From Chthoniobacterales bacterium (lineage in GTDB: Bacteria; Verrucomicrobiota; Verrucomicrobiia; Chthoniobacterales; Chthoniobacteraceae), in assembly GCA_041743065.1 (NCBI GenBank), contig JBGTNO010000018.1, positions 1 to 48,483 of the forward strand: a stretch of 48,483 nt of DNA, read 5' to 3'. The position numbers and the translations under genes were made by a program. Positions 21,138-32,325 of the stretch are shown piece after piece. The notes beneath the pieces were generated by a model that was not told where the DNA came from, ran no database searches, and saw only the letters and a list, made by a program, of their open reading frames with translations. Every line of letters starts with the position of its first letter. The first letter of the stretch is position 1.

Positions 21138-22756
21138 TGAATATCCGAAACGCAATTGTCAGGATGTGCTGGCCATGGCGGCACCGCGCCGCGAGCGGAG
21201 CGGTTGATCGTGCGGCGCAGGTCTCGACTATCAAACAGCTTGGCGAGGCCGGCACGCCTTCCAGTCTCTGGCATCTTCTCGAATACCTCTCGTCGTCAGA
21301 TTCATCGGTTAGAGAAGCCGCCGGATCTTCGATCGCGCAGCAACTCGATCTGGTGCCTCCTGCGCACCTATCGAAACTTGATGAGAGTCTCCGGGCAGCA
21401 ACTGCCTCGAACTGGAATCTGGACGGATGGCGGCGCCTTACGCCAGAGCAGGTAGGTGCTTTCGCCGACGATGCAAACGCATGGGCAATGCTGGGGGTGT
21501 CCAGCTTCCATCCGAATGGATATGTCCGGGAAAAATCGGTGCGCATTCTTGGCGCCATGCGCGACCGGAAGATTCTTGGTTTTCTACTCCTTCGGGTAAA
21601 CGACTGGGTGGCTCCCATCCGTTCGATGGCGCAGAGCGAGGTGCTCGCCCGCCTGACTCAGGAGAACTCCATGATGTGGATTCAGAATCTTCCGCTTGTA
21701 ACACGCCTGGAGTCATGCGGGCGTGGAATGCATGAGACAATCGTCGAAGCTGTGTATGGCCTTCTGGTAAACTCCGAGTGCCGAGATGCCTTGGTCAACG
21801 GTATCACTTCCGGTGACCGTGACATTCGCAGAGCCTGCTTTCGGGTGGTGGAAAGAATGCCCGAAATCCAAACGCGCCCTTTGCTTGAGGCTGCCATCGA
21901 AACTCAAGATCCCATTCTCCGCTTTCGCGCCTCGCAGCGCCTTCTCCGCCAAGTTCATATCGCGGATCTCGATCGGCTCTGCGAACGCTTTTTGAGCGAT
22001 CATTTCATGCCGGTTCGTCGCGCGGCGCTTGAGAGCGCGGTTGATCGAGGCTCAGGGAAGTTGGTGGCTTTTCTGCTCGAGGCGCTCGTTGATCGACATG
22101 CCAGCATTCGGGAACTGGCCCGCTTTCACCTGGTTCGGCGACACAATATTGACGTTCGGGCTGAGTATATTCAATTGCTCAAGACTTCTCGCGGCAAGAG
22201 ATTGGCGGCGACGATCCTCGGCTTGGGCGAGATCGGCGCCCAAGAGGATTTCGACTTAATCAAACCCTACCTGCAATCACACCCAGTTCAGGTGTGTATG
22301 GCAGCAACAGTGGCGGTCGGCCGCCTGGCTCCAACGGAAGCTCTCCCTTTTCTCTTGAAGGCTTTGCAAGGAGACAGCCCCGGCATCTCCCGGCAGGCAG
22401 AGCGGGCGCTTGCCCCCCAGGCGAACTCCGTTCCATACAAGGAACTGGTATCGATATTTCAAGGGAGTCCCAAGCCACACGTGCGAAGAAATACAATTCG
22501 GCTCCTTGTCAGGGGCACTAAATGGGAACGGCTCAGCCCACTCATCAGCGCCTGCGGCGATGATGATCCACAAGTTCGAGAGATTGCGAAGGCTGCTGTT
22601 GAGAAGTGGTTGTATCGATACAACGTCAGCTTCTTGCAGCCAACTCAGCGGCAGGTCGAGTCGGCACAATCAGCGATGGCTGTGGCCGGCGACCAATTGT
22701 CCGCAGCCGTTCGCCAGAACCTTACCACCCTGCTTTGTGATTGGGAGAAACGATGA
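21137..22756 (+). CDS. HEAT-repeat protein
   Basis: Start ATG overlaps the hen1 stop (TAATG). Repeated helical HEAT-like units (VREAAGSSIAQ, VRRAALESA, IRELARFHL, VQVCMAATVAVGRL, VREIAKAAV). Confidence 0.65.
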   Translation: MNIRNAIVRMCWPWRHRAASGAVDRAAQVSTIKQLGEAGTPSSLWHLLEYLSSSDSSVREAAGSSIAQQLDLVPPAHLSKLDESLRAATASNWNLDGWRRLTPEQVGAFADDANAWAMLGVSSFHPNGYVREKSVRILGAMRDRKILGFLLLRVNDWVAPIRSMAQSEVLARLTQENSMMWIQNLPLVTRLESCGRGMHETIVEAVYGLLVNSECRDALVNGITSGDRDIRRACFRVVERMPEIQTRPLLEAAIETQDPILRFRASQRLLRQVHIADLDRLCERFLSDHFMPVRRAALESAVDRGSGKLVAFLLEALVDRHASIRELARFHLVRRHNIDVRAEYIQLLKTSRGKRLAATILGLGEIGAQEDFDLIKPYLQSHPVQVCMAATVAVGRLAPTEALPFLLKALQGDSPGISRQAERALAPQANSVPYKELVSIFQGSPKPHVRRNTIRLLVRGTKWERLSPLISACGDDDPQVREIAKAAVEKWLYRYNVSFLQPTQRQVESAQSAMAVAGDQLSAAVRQNLTTLLCDWEKR

Positions 22757-25308
22757 AGATTACGATTCCAGAGCTAGCGTTTGTGGTTCTTATCGGTCCA
22801 TCCGGATCGGGGAAATCGACGTTTGCCCGCCGTCACTTCAAACCCACGGAAGTGTTGTCCTCGGATCATTGCCGAGGGCTCGTGTGCGATGACGAGAATG
22901 ATCAGGCGGCGACGCCGGATGCGTTTGCCGTTCTGAACTTCATCGCGTCGAAGCGACTCGCCAGCGCGAAGCTGACGGTCGTCGATGCCACAAACGTTCA
23001 GGAGGAATCCCGGAAGCCACTGGTTGCGCTGGCTCGGCAGTATCACTGCCTGCCCGTCGCCATCGTTTTCGATCTCCCGGAGAAGCTGTGTCACGAGAGG
23101 AATCAGAGCCGTCCCGACCGCACGTTTGGGTCGCATGTCGTGCGGCAGCAGACTCAGCAGATGCAGCGCTCACTCCGCAAGTTACAGCGGGAAGGTTTCC
23201 GCCATGTCTTCGTTCTCCGCACTCTTGAAGAAGTCGAGGAGGTCACGATCGAACGGCAGCCGCTGTGGAACAACAAGCGGGATGAGCACGGCCCGTTTGA
23301 CATCATTGGCGATGTGCACGGTTGTTTCGACGAACTTGCCGCACTCCTGGCAGAGCTGGGCTACGAGCCGCAACCGGGCGGAAGCTACGCGCATTCTGAA
23401 GGGCGAAAACTGATCTTCGTCGGTGATCTCGTCGATCGCGGGCCGAAGATTCCCGAGGTTGTACGGCTCGTTATGGAGTCGATCAAAGCCGGGCACGCGT
23501 TCTGTGTTCCAGGTAATCACGACATCAAATTCATGCGCGCGGTGTGGGGCAAGGACGTGCAGATCAAACACGGTCTCGCCGAGTCTCTGGAGCAGTTCAA
23601 GGCGTACGAAGAACATTATCGTGGATTCAGTCGGGTGGCAGCGGAGTTCATCGACTCCCTCGTGAGCCACTACGTTTTTGACGACGGGAGGCTGGTCGTC
23701 GCCCATGCCGGGATGAAAGAGGAGATGCAGGGGCGGGGGTCTGGCCGCGTTCGGGAGTTCGCGCTTTACGGAGAAACGACAGGTGAAAGCGATGAGTTCG
23801 GTCTGCCGGTGCGCTACAACTGGGCGGCAGATTATCGTGGCAAGGCGATGGTTGTTTACGGCCACACTCCGGTGCCCGAGCCCGAGTGGCTCAATCGAAC
23901 CATCAACATCGATACGGGCTGTATTTTTGGAGGAAAACTCACCGCGCTTCGCTATCCGGAGAAGGAAATGGTCTCCGTGCCCGCGGCGCACACCTACTGT
24001 GTGCCCGCGCGTCCTTTCCTTGAGGAAGGCATCGCGGCCCCGGTGTTGAGCGCGCAGCATCAGCTCGATGATCTGCTCGACATGGAGGACGTTCTGGGCA
24101 AGCGGATCATCTCCACCCGCTTGCGTCAGAACGTTACGATCCGCGAAGAGAACGCGATCGCAGCGCTGGAGGTGATGAGCCGATTTGCGGCGAATCCGAA
24201 ATGGCTGATCTACCTGCCGCCGACGATGTCTCCGACGGAGACGACGAAAGAGCCGGGCCTGCTCGAGCATCCCGCCGAGGCATTTGCCTACTATCGGCAC
24301 GAAGGCGTAGCTCGGGTGGTTTGCGAGCAAAAGCACATGGGCTCCCGTGCCGTTATCATCGTCTGCCGAAACAGCGAGGCGGCGCTCAAGCGTTTTGGTG
24401 TCGTGGACGAGTCCGGCATCATCTATACGCGGACCGGAAGGCGATTCTTTGACGATGCGGAGATCGAGGGTGCGCTCCTTTCGAAGATCCGCGCCGCACT
24501 CGACGCGGCGAATTTCTGGGAGGAGTTCACGACAGATTGGGTCTGTCTGGACTGCGAGCTGATGCCATGGTCGGCGAAGGCGCAGGAATTGTTGCGCCAG
24601 CAATACGCCGCTGTCGGCGCCGCTGCCCGCGCATCGCTTTCGTGTGCTATCGATGCGTTGGTGTCCGCCGAGGCGCGAAGACTGGATGTCACCGATATGC
24701 TCGGACGGTCGCGCGCAAGGGACGAGGCGGCAGGCAAATATGTGGACGCTTATCGACGCTACTGCTGGCCCGTCAACTCACTTGCCGATCTCAAAGTCGC
24801 CCCATTTCATCTGCTGGCCACTGAAGGCAAAGTCCACTCGGATCGCGACCACTTTTGGCACATGGCAGCGCTGGCGAAGATCTGCACCGCAGAGCCGGAA
24901 CTTCTCCTCGCGACCGCCCACATGACGGTCGATGTCACAAGCCCTGCCAGCCAGGACGAGGGCATCGCGTGGTGGACGGACATGACGAACGCCGGCGGCG
25001 AGGGAATGGTTGTCAAGCCTCTCGACTTCGTCGCGACCGGCCGCCGGGGCCTGATCCAACCGGCGGTCAAATGCCGGGGCCGGGAATACCTGCGAATCAT
25101 TTACGGCCCGGAATACACCGCGCCGGAGAATCTCGAACGCCTTCGTTCGCGCGGTCTCGGGAGGAAACGCTCGCTCGCTCTGCGAGAGTTCGCCCTCGGT
25201 CTGGAAGCTTTGGAGCGCTTTGTGACTCGTGAGCCGCTGCGTCGCGTCCATGAGTGCGTATTTGGAGTTCTCGCCCTCGAAAGCGAGCCGGTGGATCCTC
25301 GCCTATGA
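22753..25308 (+). CDS. pnkp: polynucleotide kinase-phosphatase/ligase Pnkp
   Basis: P-loop kinase GPSGSGKST; calcineurin-like phosphatase GDVHGC...GDLVDRGP...GNHD; C-terminal adenylyltransferase with the EQKHMGSR lysine motif. The start overlaps the HEAT gene stop (ATGA). Confidence 0.85.
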   Translation: MKITIPELAFVVLIGPSGSGKSTFARRHFKPTEVLSSDHCRGLVCDDENDQAATPDAFAVLNFIASKRLASAKLTVVDATNVQEESRKPLVALARQYHCLPVAIVFDLPEKLCHERNQSRPDRTFGSHVVRQQTQQMQRSLRKLQREGFRHVFVLRTLEEVEEVTIERQPLWNNKRDEHGPFDIIGDVHGCFDELAALLAELGYEPQPGGSYAHSEGRKLIFVGDLVDRGPKIPEVVRLVMESIKAGHAFCVPGNHDIKFMRAVWGKDVQIKHGLAESLEQFKAYEEHYRGFSRVAAEFIDSLVSHYVFDDGRLVVAHAGMKEEMQGRGSGRVREFALYGETTGESDEFGLPVRYNWAADYRGKAMVVYGHTPVPEPEWLNRTINIDTGCIFGGKLTALRYPEKEMVSVPAAHTYCVPARPFLEEGIAAPVLSAQHQLDDLLDMEDVLGKRIISTRLRQNVTIREENAIAALEVMSRFAANPKWLIYLPPTMSPTETTKEPGLLEHPAEAFAYYRHEGVARVVCEQKHMGSRAVIIVCRNSEAALKRFGVVDESGIIYTRTGRRFFDDAEIEGALLSKIRAALDAANFWEEFTTDWVCLDCELMPWSAKAQELLRQQYAAVGAAARASLSCAIDALVSAEARRLDVTDMLGRSRARDEAAGKYVDAYRRYCWPVNSLADLKVAPFHLLATEGKVHSDRDHFWHMAALAKICTAEPELLLATAHMTVDVTSPASQDEGIAWWTDMTNAGGEGMVVKPLDFVATGRRGLIQPAVKCRGREYLRIIYGPEYTAPENLERLRSRGLGRKRSLALREFALGLEALERFVTREPLRRVHECVFGVLALESEPVDPRL

Positions 25309-25382
25309 ATGCTGGCTGTTCGAATAGGGGTCCGAATGAGGAGTGAGTCCTATTATTCTTGCCTACGCCCCGCAGCACCATG

Positions 25383-25470
25383 CTGGCGGAGCGGCGGGGT
25401 TGCCTGGTCACCTGAAATGCTGCGGTCCGATGAGATCCGCTTGGATACGGGAAGCGCTGCTCGCTACTCA
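25383..25470 (+). repeat. direct repeat copy 1 (see 43767-43855)
   Basis: The first 34 nt (CTGGCGGAGCGGCGGGGTTGCCTGGTCACCTGAA) are identical to 43767-43800, followed by about 50 nt of roughly 80% similarity. Confidence 0.8.
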
Positions 25471-25483
25471 TGACGACTGCAGT

Positions 25484-25516
25484 AGAAAATAAAAAAGGAG
25501 CGTCGATCAGGCGTCC
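25484..25516 (-). terminator. intrinsic terminator of the helicase gene
   Basis: On the minus strand: hairpin GGACGCC...GGCGCTCC-like (25497-25516, one bulge), followed by TTTTTTATTTTC. Confidence 0.5.
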
Positions 25517-28500
25517 TTGTAGCCCTTGCGGAGTTTCTCCGCGGTGAGCTTTTCCACTTCGCGTCCAGCGCGTTCGACTGTGTCGAAAGTTTTGGTCTGC
25601 GTCTGACCTTGGGCACCGATGCGGCCGTAGCAGACGGTGACGTTCACGCCGTCGGAGGACACTTCCCAGAATTTGGAGGAACGACCCTCAATCAATTCGA
25701 GACGACGACGTCTCCCAGTCGCGCCAGCGACACTGGGAGGTAGAGTGCTGGTCGGGGCAAGCGGAATTGCAGTCGGCCCGGTATTTCCGGGCACGGGCGG
25801 CGGGAGGTCATAATCGAGTTCGACCGTTGGCTCCACCTCGCCGCGGATCAGCCGTTTGATCCGGTCGAGCACGGCTTGGGGCTCGTGATACCAGTCGCGC
25901 GTCAGGACCAGGGCGACTTGCCAGCCAAAGGCGCGAAGGATGCCAGGTTGCGTGACGGAGCGCTCGGCGACGTTTGGATTTGCGTAGTGCCCGGCGGTGT
26001 CCACGATGATTCCCAGACAGTAGTGCCGGGAGTCACCGGTGCGCACCGCGAGATCGCAGCGGAAGCGCGATTGGCCGACGTGCTCGTCCACGACGAAGCC
26101 AGCCGCACGCAATGCCTCTGCGAGTTGCAGACTGACGGCGTCCTTGCCGTTCGCCGGTGCAAGCTGCTTGCGCGTAAGCGGGTTCAGGCTTTCGAGAACA
26201 CCGCGCGCGAGTCGCAGTTCGCCGCGGGACGAGCACTCGGAGTAGTGGAGGAAGTTCTTCAGCGCCGCTGCGCCGTCGTTGTAGTCGTTTGTGATCGCGT
26301 GATGCCGGATGCTGCTGACCACTGCCCTGTGGTGACGTGCCCGGCTAAAGATCACGTTTAGCCGCTTCTCGCCCCCACGTTGGTTGATCGGCCCGAAGTT
26401 CATTAACATCCGCCCGTTCGGATCCGGCCCATAGCAGATGCTCAGCAGAATGATGTCGCGCTCATCGCCCTGCACGTTCTCCAGGTTCTTCACGAAGAGG
26501 CCGCAAAATTGATCATCCTCCTCACGCGCGTATTCCTCCTCTAGTCGGCCGCCAAACGCCGAGTCCTCCGCGGCCAGTGTTTCGAGGGCGGATTCTATCT
26601 CACCCTGCTGCGCTTCGCTGAACGCGACGATACCGATGCTGAGTTTGGTTTCGCGCCGGAGAAGCTCACGCACGAGCTGGGCGATGTAAGCCGCCTCGCC
26701 CCCATTGCGTCGGCCTTCGTATGGGCTGCGCTCCATGAAATGAAAACTGAGCGGTCGGCCGAGGAGCGACCCGCAATTGATCGAGGCGTCTGCTGGCGCC
26801 CGGACGAGGATCTCAGCTTGCTCCGGGGCCGGTAGAGTGAGGTCAGGAATCGTGTAGAGATTGCCGGCGTAAAAGGCAGCATTACTGAAGCTGATCAGCG
26901 ATTCCGAACGGCTGCGGTAGTGCCAGGCGAGCAAGGTGGCGGACAGATTTTTCGCGCTCTGGGTGAGGAAACTGTCGGCATCGAGCGAGACCGCGACGCG
27001 CTCACCGCCTTCCTCAACTTCGAGAGTATCGTCCTCCACGGCGCGGGCGGCGGAGAAGAAATTGGTCGGCGGGAGCTGCATCTCGTCGCCTACGACAATG
27101 ACCTGCGGTGCGCGATAAAGTGCCGGCACGGCTTCCTCAACGGGAATCTGGCTGGCCTCGTCGAAGATTACCACGTCGAACAAATCAGGTGCGAGCGGCA
27201 GCGTGTCGGAGACGCTAAGCGGACTCATCAACCAGATCGGCTTGAGGTCGCGCACCACCCGTCCTGTGTCCGCGGCGGCCAAATCGCGGATGGATTTGTA
27301 GCGCATCGTTTTCCCGAATTCGTGCTCCAGATCGCGTCGCCCCGCGCTGTAACTTTTTTGAAGAGCTTGCCAGCGGCATCGAGTTGCGTGGCGGAGAGCG
27401 TGGAGACCTGGACGTGCTCGCGGAATCGATGACGGACCTCGGCGCGAATAACCGCGGCGTTCTCCGCGAGCCATTCGCGTTCCGTGGTGCCGATGCGCTC
27501 GGCGCGATGCGCCACCACGCGACCGTCGAAACGTGGGAGCCAGCGTTCGGTCCGATAAACCTGGTCGAGACTGGTGCGTGCGATCGCCGCCTCCATTTGA
27601 TCCGGCGTGAGTGTAAAAGTGCGAAGCGCGTGCGCAAAGGCCGGCGGCGTCTCCGCGAGTTCTCCCAGGAGCGGCAGCAACTCCGGAAGCGCATCCGCTT
27701 CCTCGCGCAGATCGCGAACCGCTTCACCGATTCGCGCAAGATCTTGCCGCCGGAAATCGGCCAGCAGCGTGTCGAGCACGGAGATTAATTCCCCGAGCCG
27801 CGGCGCTAGAGCGTTCAGTCGCTCGACAACGCCCCTGCCTTCCTCGGACTCCAGCAGCAAGTTACGCAACGCCGTGAGCGCTGGCATCCCGAGGTCGGGC
27901 AATTGCAGCGGGGCGATGGACTCCAGCAATTTGACCGGTTCCACGCCATACTCGGCGAAGGCCGCCTGCCGGGATTCGTCGCGGGCGGCGATAGCGGCGT
28001 ATTCCCCTTCCAACTCGGTGAGCACCTGTGAGAGCGCGGGCCGGATGGCGTGCTTGGAAAAGTCGTAGCGCGTCTCGATAGCCTTTTTAAGCTGCCACCA
28101 CGACGGCTTCACGAACCGCAGCAGTGAATTCTCGTTTGCCCGCCCCTGCGCTATGGCTGCTGGTACGTCGCCGGACGGAAGCTTCTCGCGCCAATGCGCC
28201 GTTTTCGCCTGCGCGCGCTCGACGGCCTTGTCGTACTTGCCCAATTCCACCGCGGTTTTCTCCAACGCCCTGGTGAGCTTACTTTTCGACGCGAGCAGCT
28301 CGAGCTGATCGCGCCCGGCCAACTCCGCGACCTGAGTTGCAAAAGCAACCAGCGACTCGATTTCCTCCACTGTGTCCCAGTGCTCCTCGGGCAGCCCGCT
28401 GCTCCCGAGCGCCGATTCCACACCATCGAGCAAAGTCTCAGTGCGATCCGCAAGATCGTTGAGGGTTTCCAGTGGACGCTCGGCGCGGATCACGCCATCG

Positions 28501-30974
28501 CCCAGCCAGCGGAACGGATGCGCCGCCAGGGAAGTCGTATCGGCAACCTCCGTCAACGTCTTGGCGAGGCGACGTGCGATGTCGGCATGCGTGCGCCAGA
28601 CGCCGAAGTTTGGCAGATGCTCGGCGTCGCCGACGGAAAGTTGCGGCTCGTGCTCCCGCAGTTCGACGAGCCGGTGCAGTAACTCGCGCACGGGCCACGC
28701 CACATGTTCCGGAACGCTGCGCATTGCGGCGTCGAAGCGCCGGAGCGAGTCGAGATCGTGTTCCATTTGCCGGAGCAACGCGGTGCGCCGCTCACGCGCG
28801 GCTTCGGCATTATCGGGCTCGGCGAGCCACTTCTCGTAGGTCTGCTTGAGATTCAGGACGAACCCCTTTTTGTCAGTCTGCGAGTCGTGGATGAGGCAGC
28901 AGAGTTCATCGAGCCCTTGCTGGCGCAGGCGGTGGAAGACGACATCGATCGCTGCGCGCTTTTCGCAGACAAAGAGCACCCGTTTTCCGCGCGCCACGTA
29001 GTCGGCAATGAGATTGGTGATCGTCTGTGACTTCCCCGTGCCGGGCGGACCTTGAATGATGTAGCTGCGACCGGTGCGGGCCAGCGCAACCGCGGCGGAC
29101 TGGGTAGCGTCGCCAGGCACCACTGGCCACTCGTCAACCCGCGCGAGTGCGGCAGCGCCTTCGTCATCGAGAGGGCGCGGATCGAGCGAGAAGACGCGAT
29201 CAAACGCCTCGCTCGTCAGTTCGTCATCGAGCAGTGCGCCGTAGTCCCGCACGAGCGACATCTTCCGATAGTTGAAGTTACCAACAGTGAGTGAACAGAG
29301 GTCGAAGTCCCATGAGTAGGGATTGCCGGGTCGATCTTCACGCAAAGCAAACGTCTGCCGCTCCGTCTCCACGACGGGCTCGGAGGGCAGCACAGGCGCG
29401 ACCATGTGGGGCAGACGCGCTTCCGACAGTCCACCCGCCGCGGCCCGCTGCGGCAGCGGCGCCGGCAGCACCTTTTCCCGGAAGAGCTGGAGGCCGAGCG
29501 GCCGGAAGTTCTCGCGATCGTAGCTGTAGCTGAAGCTTGCTTTGGTGCGCTTCGCCGGTGCGCGGAGCTTTTGTTTGCGCTGGAACTGAGCGAGCCGCTG
29601 GCGGGCCCGCTCGTGAATAAGTTGGATCTCGGGCTTGTCCACGAGCCGGAGCGTGACACCAGGTTCACTCGCGCGAATTTGCGCTTTGAGTTCACTATGA
29701 AATTGCTCCAGGGGCGTCTCGCGCAGATCAATGGATTCGGGCAGGCGCAGTCCGTAGAGCTGATGCAGATGATGACGCAGCGCGGGATTCACCTCTGCCT
29801 CGCTCGACGTGGGATCGAGCAGGTATTGATCGCGTACGCCCTTCTTCTTTGACAGCTCGACTGGGAGCAGCAGGAGCGGCGAGACGATGCGTTCCTGCGG
29901 CGTCTCCTTGAGGTTGTGCCAATGCAGGAACGCAATCACGAGCCGGAGCTGTGCGAAGCCATACTCGGCGCGGTCGCGGCGCGCGTCGGAGATCAGCTTG
30001 TCGAGCGCGCTGGGCAGATACGGCTGGTCCTCGAAGCGCAGCCACCGTCCGAGACTCATGGCTTTTCCGTCAATGACTTCTGCCGCCAACGCCGGATGCC
30101 AGACAAAGAGCTGCTCCAGCCGCACGCTCGCCAGATTCATAACCATCGGCACGCTTGCCACGGTGAAGTTGAGCGACGCCTGCGAGGGTTTGAAATATAG
30201 CAGCCGATTGCGGCGGGTGATTTCAAACAGCCGGTCGCGCAGATGAGTCTGCACCAGTTTGCGCCGCCCATTTAGGCCGGCCTCGGCAAAGCCGGGCAAC
30301 TTCGCCACGTCGATGTCGGGCATCTGCTCCCGGTAGTTTTCCAATCGGCGAATGAGCGACGGCAGGTCTGGCGCTCGACGATGGCGGTTAAGCTCCGTCA
30401 TTTCGACGATGACGGAGGCAAGCACCGGATGGAGCCGCGCGTTCACGCCGAATAGATTGGCTCGATGCGAAACGAATATGCTGAGGTCGTCCGCATCCGT
30501 AAAATCGAGACCGAGCGCAATGCTGGCGAGAATCTGGCCAAGCGCGAAGATGTCCGTGAACGCGTCGTGATGACCGACCAGTTCCTCCCACGTCCGATAC
30601 CCGGTGATGTAGGCAGGATGCTTCATCTCCACCTCGCCATCCGTGACCTCGAGATCGGTGTATTCTATGCCAGCTTCATCGTCGGAGGTCACGCGGGCGT
30701 GGCCAATCACGTTGAGCGCGCTGGCGACCGGTTTTTGAAGCTCGTCGATGCGCGCGAGGTTTGCGGCCGGCGCGATGGCGGTGCCATCGCAACGCAACGC
30801 TCCAGGCTCATCGACCGCAAGGGTCGCGAGGCCATGCAACGGAGCAACGAGCGACTGCTCGTGCCAGGCGGCCACCTGCCGGAAAAGTGGCAGCACCGCG
30901 GCCAGCACGTCGTCGGTCTGGAAGCCCACGCCCTCGCCGCGCTGCAGGAGTTGAAGAAACGGGGTGACGCTCAT
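25507..30974 (-). CDS. giant Upf1/DNA2-like SF1 helicase with REase-like and WGR domains, frameshifted
   Basis: Walker A IIQGPPGTGKSQT; VIFDEASQ; VVGDEMQLPP; NVQGDERDIIL; REase-like RFRCDLAV...IIVDT; C-terminal WGR (FWEV...CYGRIGAQG). The two ORFs (27228-30974 and 25507-27474) join if the A6 run (T6 at 27352-27357) is A7. Confidence 0.75.
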
Positions 30975-32239
30975 GCCTTGGCCTCCGCTTTCGCCAGCAT
31001 GGCCGTTGCTCCCTTCTTGAGCTTGTTGAACTGTCGCTTCCCGATCCCGAGTTCCTTGAGCGCCACCTTTTCAAACTGCTCCGCGATCTCCAAGCGCTCG
31101 CTCCAGTCCAGCGCGGCTGCGAGCGGAACATCCTCCAGGTCCCGGTCGATCACCGCAAAATCAAGCAGTAAGTAGCAGAGGTAATCGCGCATCGCCGCAT
31201 CGACGGTGCGCAGTTCGGTGGCGAGAGATTCATCGGGCGTGGACGCCGCCGCGAAGTCTGGAAAGAACGCCCGCGCGTGAGCGAGCACCGGGGGGCTTTG
31301 AAACCATTTCGGTCGGAGCACCTCGCCAAGAAATCGGCGCGTAAGCTTTGCCATGCGCTGCTGGCCGGCGAGATCGAGATCATCGAGGCCGAGTGGCCCT
31401 TCGATGGTGGCAGTGAGCCAAGCGTCGAGGTTGGCGTCGTTTTCTGCCCAAAGCCGCAACGCCCGCGCTCGAATAAACGTCTCGGGATGCTCCAACCCCT
31501 TGGTGGTGGCGTCTTCACGTGAGAAAATCTCGTCGGCCTGTCGCAGGTAACTCGCAGCGCTCACCTCCGGCAGCCCGGTTTCCGTTTTCACCAGCGCCGC
31601 GACCGTCGCCTCCAACTGGCCGCAGCCAACGAACGATCCGCGATCGGCAAACACCTCCGTGTAGAGGCGAAAGCGCCGCGCCGTCTGCGCATGGCTCGCC
31701 GCTGCACGCGGATCATTAGCCGCTGCCATGAGCAGGCGATCCGCGACCAAAAAATCACCGCCTTCCATTTCCCAAAGGCGAAAGTGCGCCAATTCATGGG
31801 CGAGCACCGCATCCAGCTCCGCGCCTTTCAACGTTGCGAGAATCGGCCCTGTGAAAACGATGTGCGCTTCGCCAGGAAGATGGCAAAGCATTGCGTTCAG
31901 TCCGAATCCCCCGCTCGCCTGATAAAGCGTCACCGGAGCCGTCACGCCCAACCGCTCTGCGACTACAACACAACGCTCGGCCAGGTCCGGATGCGCGTCC
32001 GCATCCAGCCGATAGTTCGCCTTCAACAACCCGGTGCGCATCTCGCCGGCAAATTCTCCGCGCACTTTCGCCGAAGATCCCCACTGCCACAGCTCCGGCT
32101 CGGTTGATTTCAGATAGGCCACGACCTCCCGCTGATAAGGAAGAGGGATAAGCCGGATCGGTACTGGTGGATCAACATTGGTCACGGAGCGCAGATTAAC
32201 TATCAGGGGAATCCGCTCTTTGGAAGCTGCCCATCGCAT
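30971..32239 (-). CDS. M48-like zinc metallopeptidase (soluble)
   Basis: HELAH motif in LAHELAHFRLWEMEG. The stop overlaps the helicase start (ATGA). Confidence 0.6.
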   Translation of the reverse strand: MRWAASKERIPLIVNLRSVTNVDPPVPIRLIPLPYQREVVAYLKSTEPELWQWGSSAKVRGEFAGEMRTGLLKANYRLDADAHPDLAERCVVVAERLGVTAPVTLYQASGGFGLNAMLCHLPGEAHIVFTGPILATLKGAELDAVLAHELAHFRLWEMEGGDFLVADRLLMAAANDPRAAASHAQTARRFRLYTEVFADRGSFVGCGQLEATVAALVKTETGLPEVSAASYLRQADEIFSREDATTKGLEHPETFIRARALRLWAENDANLDAWLTATIEGPLGLDDLDLAGQQRMAKLTRRFLGEVLRPKWFQSPPVLAHARAFFPDFAAASTPDESLATELRTVDAAMRDYLCYLLLDFAVIDRDLEDVPLAAALDWSERLEIAEQFEKVALKELGIGKRQFNKLKKGATAMLAKAEAKA

Positions 32240-32325
32240 CCGCGGGTCGCTTTATCGACTCTAGCTCGGCGATTTGTTGGAGAGTAGGACTGACATTTGC
32301 AGGCTGAAGCCGCAATCTGCCGACC

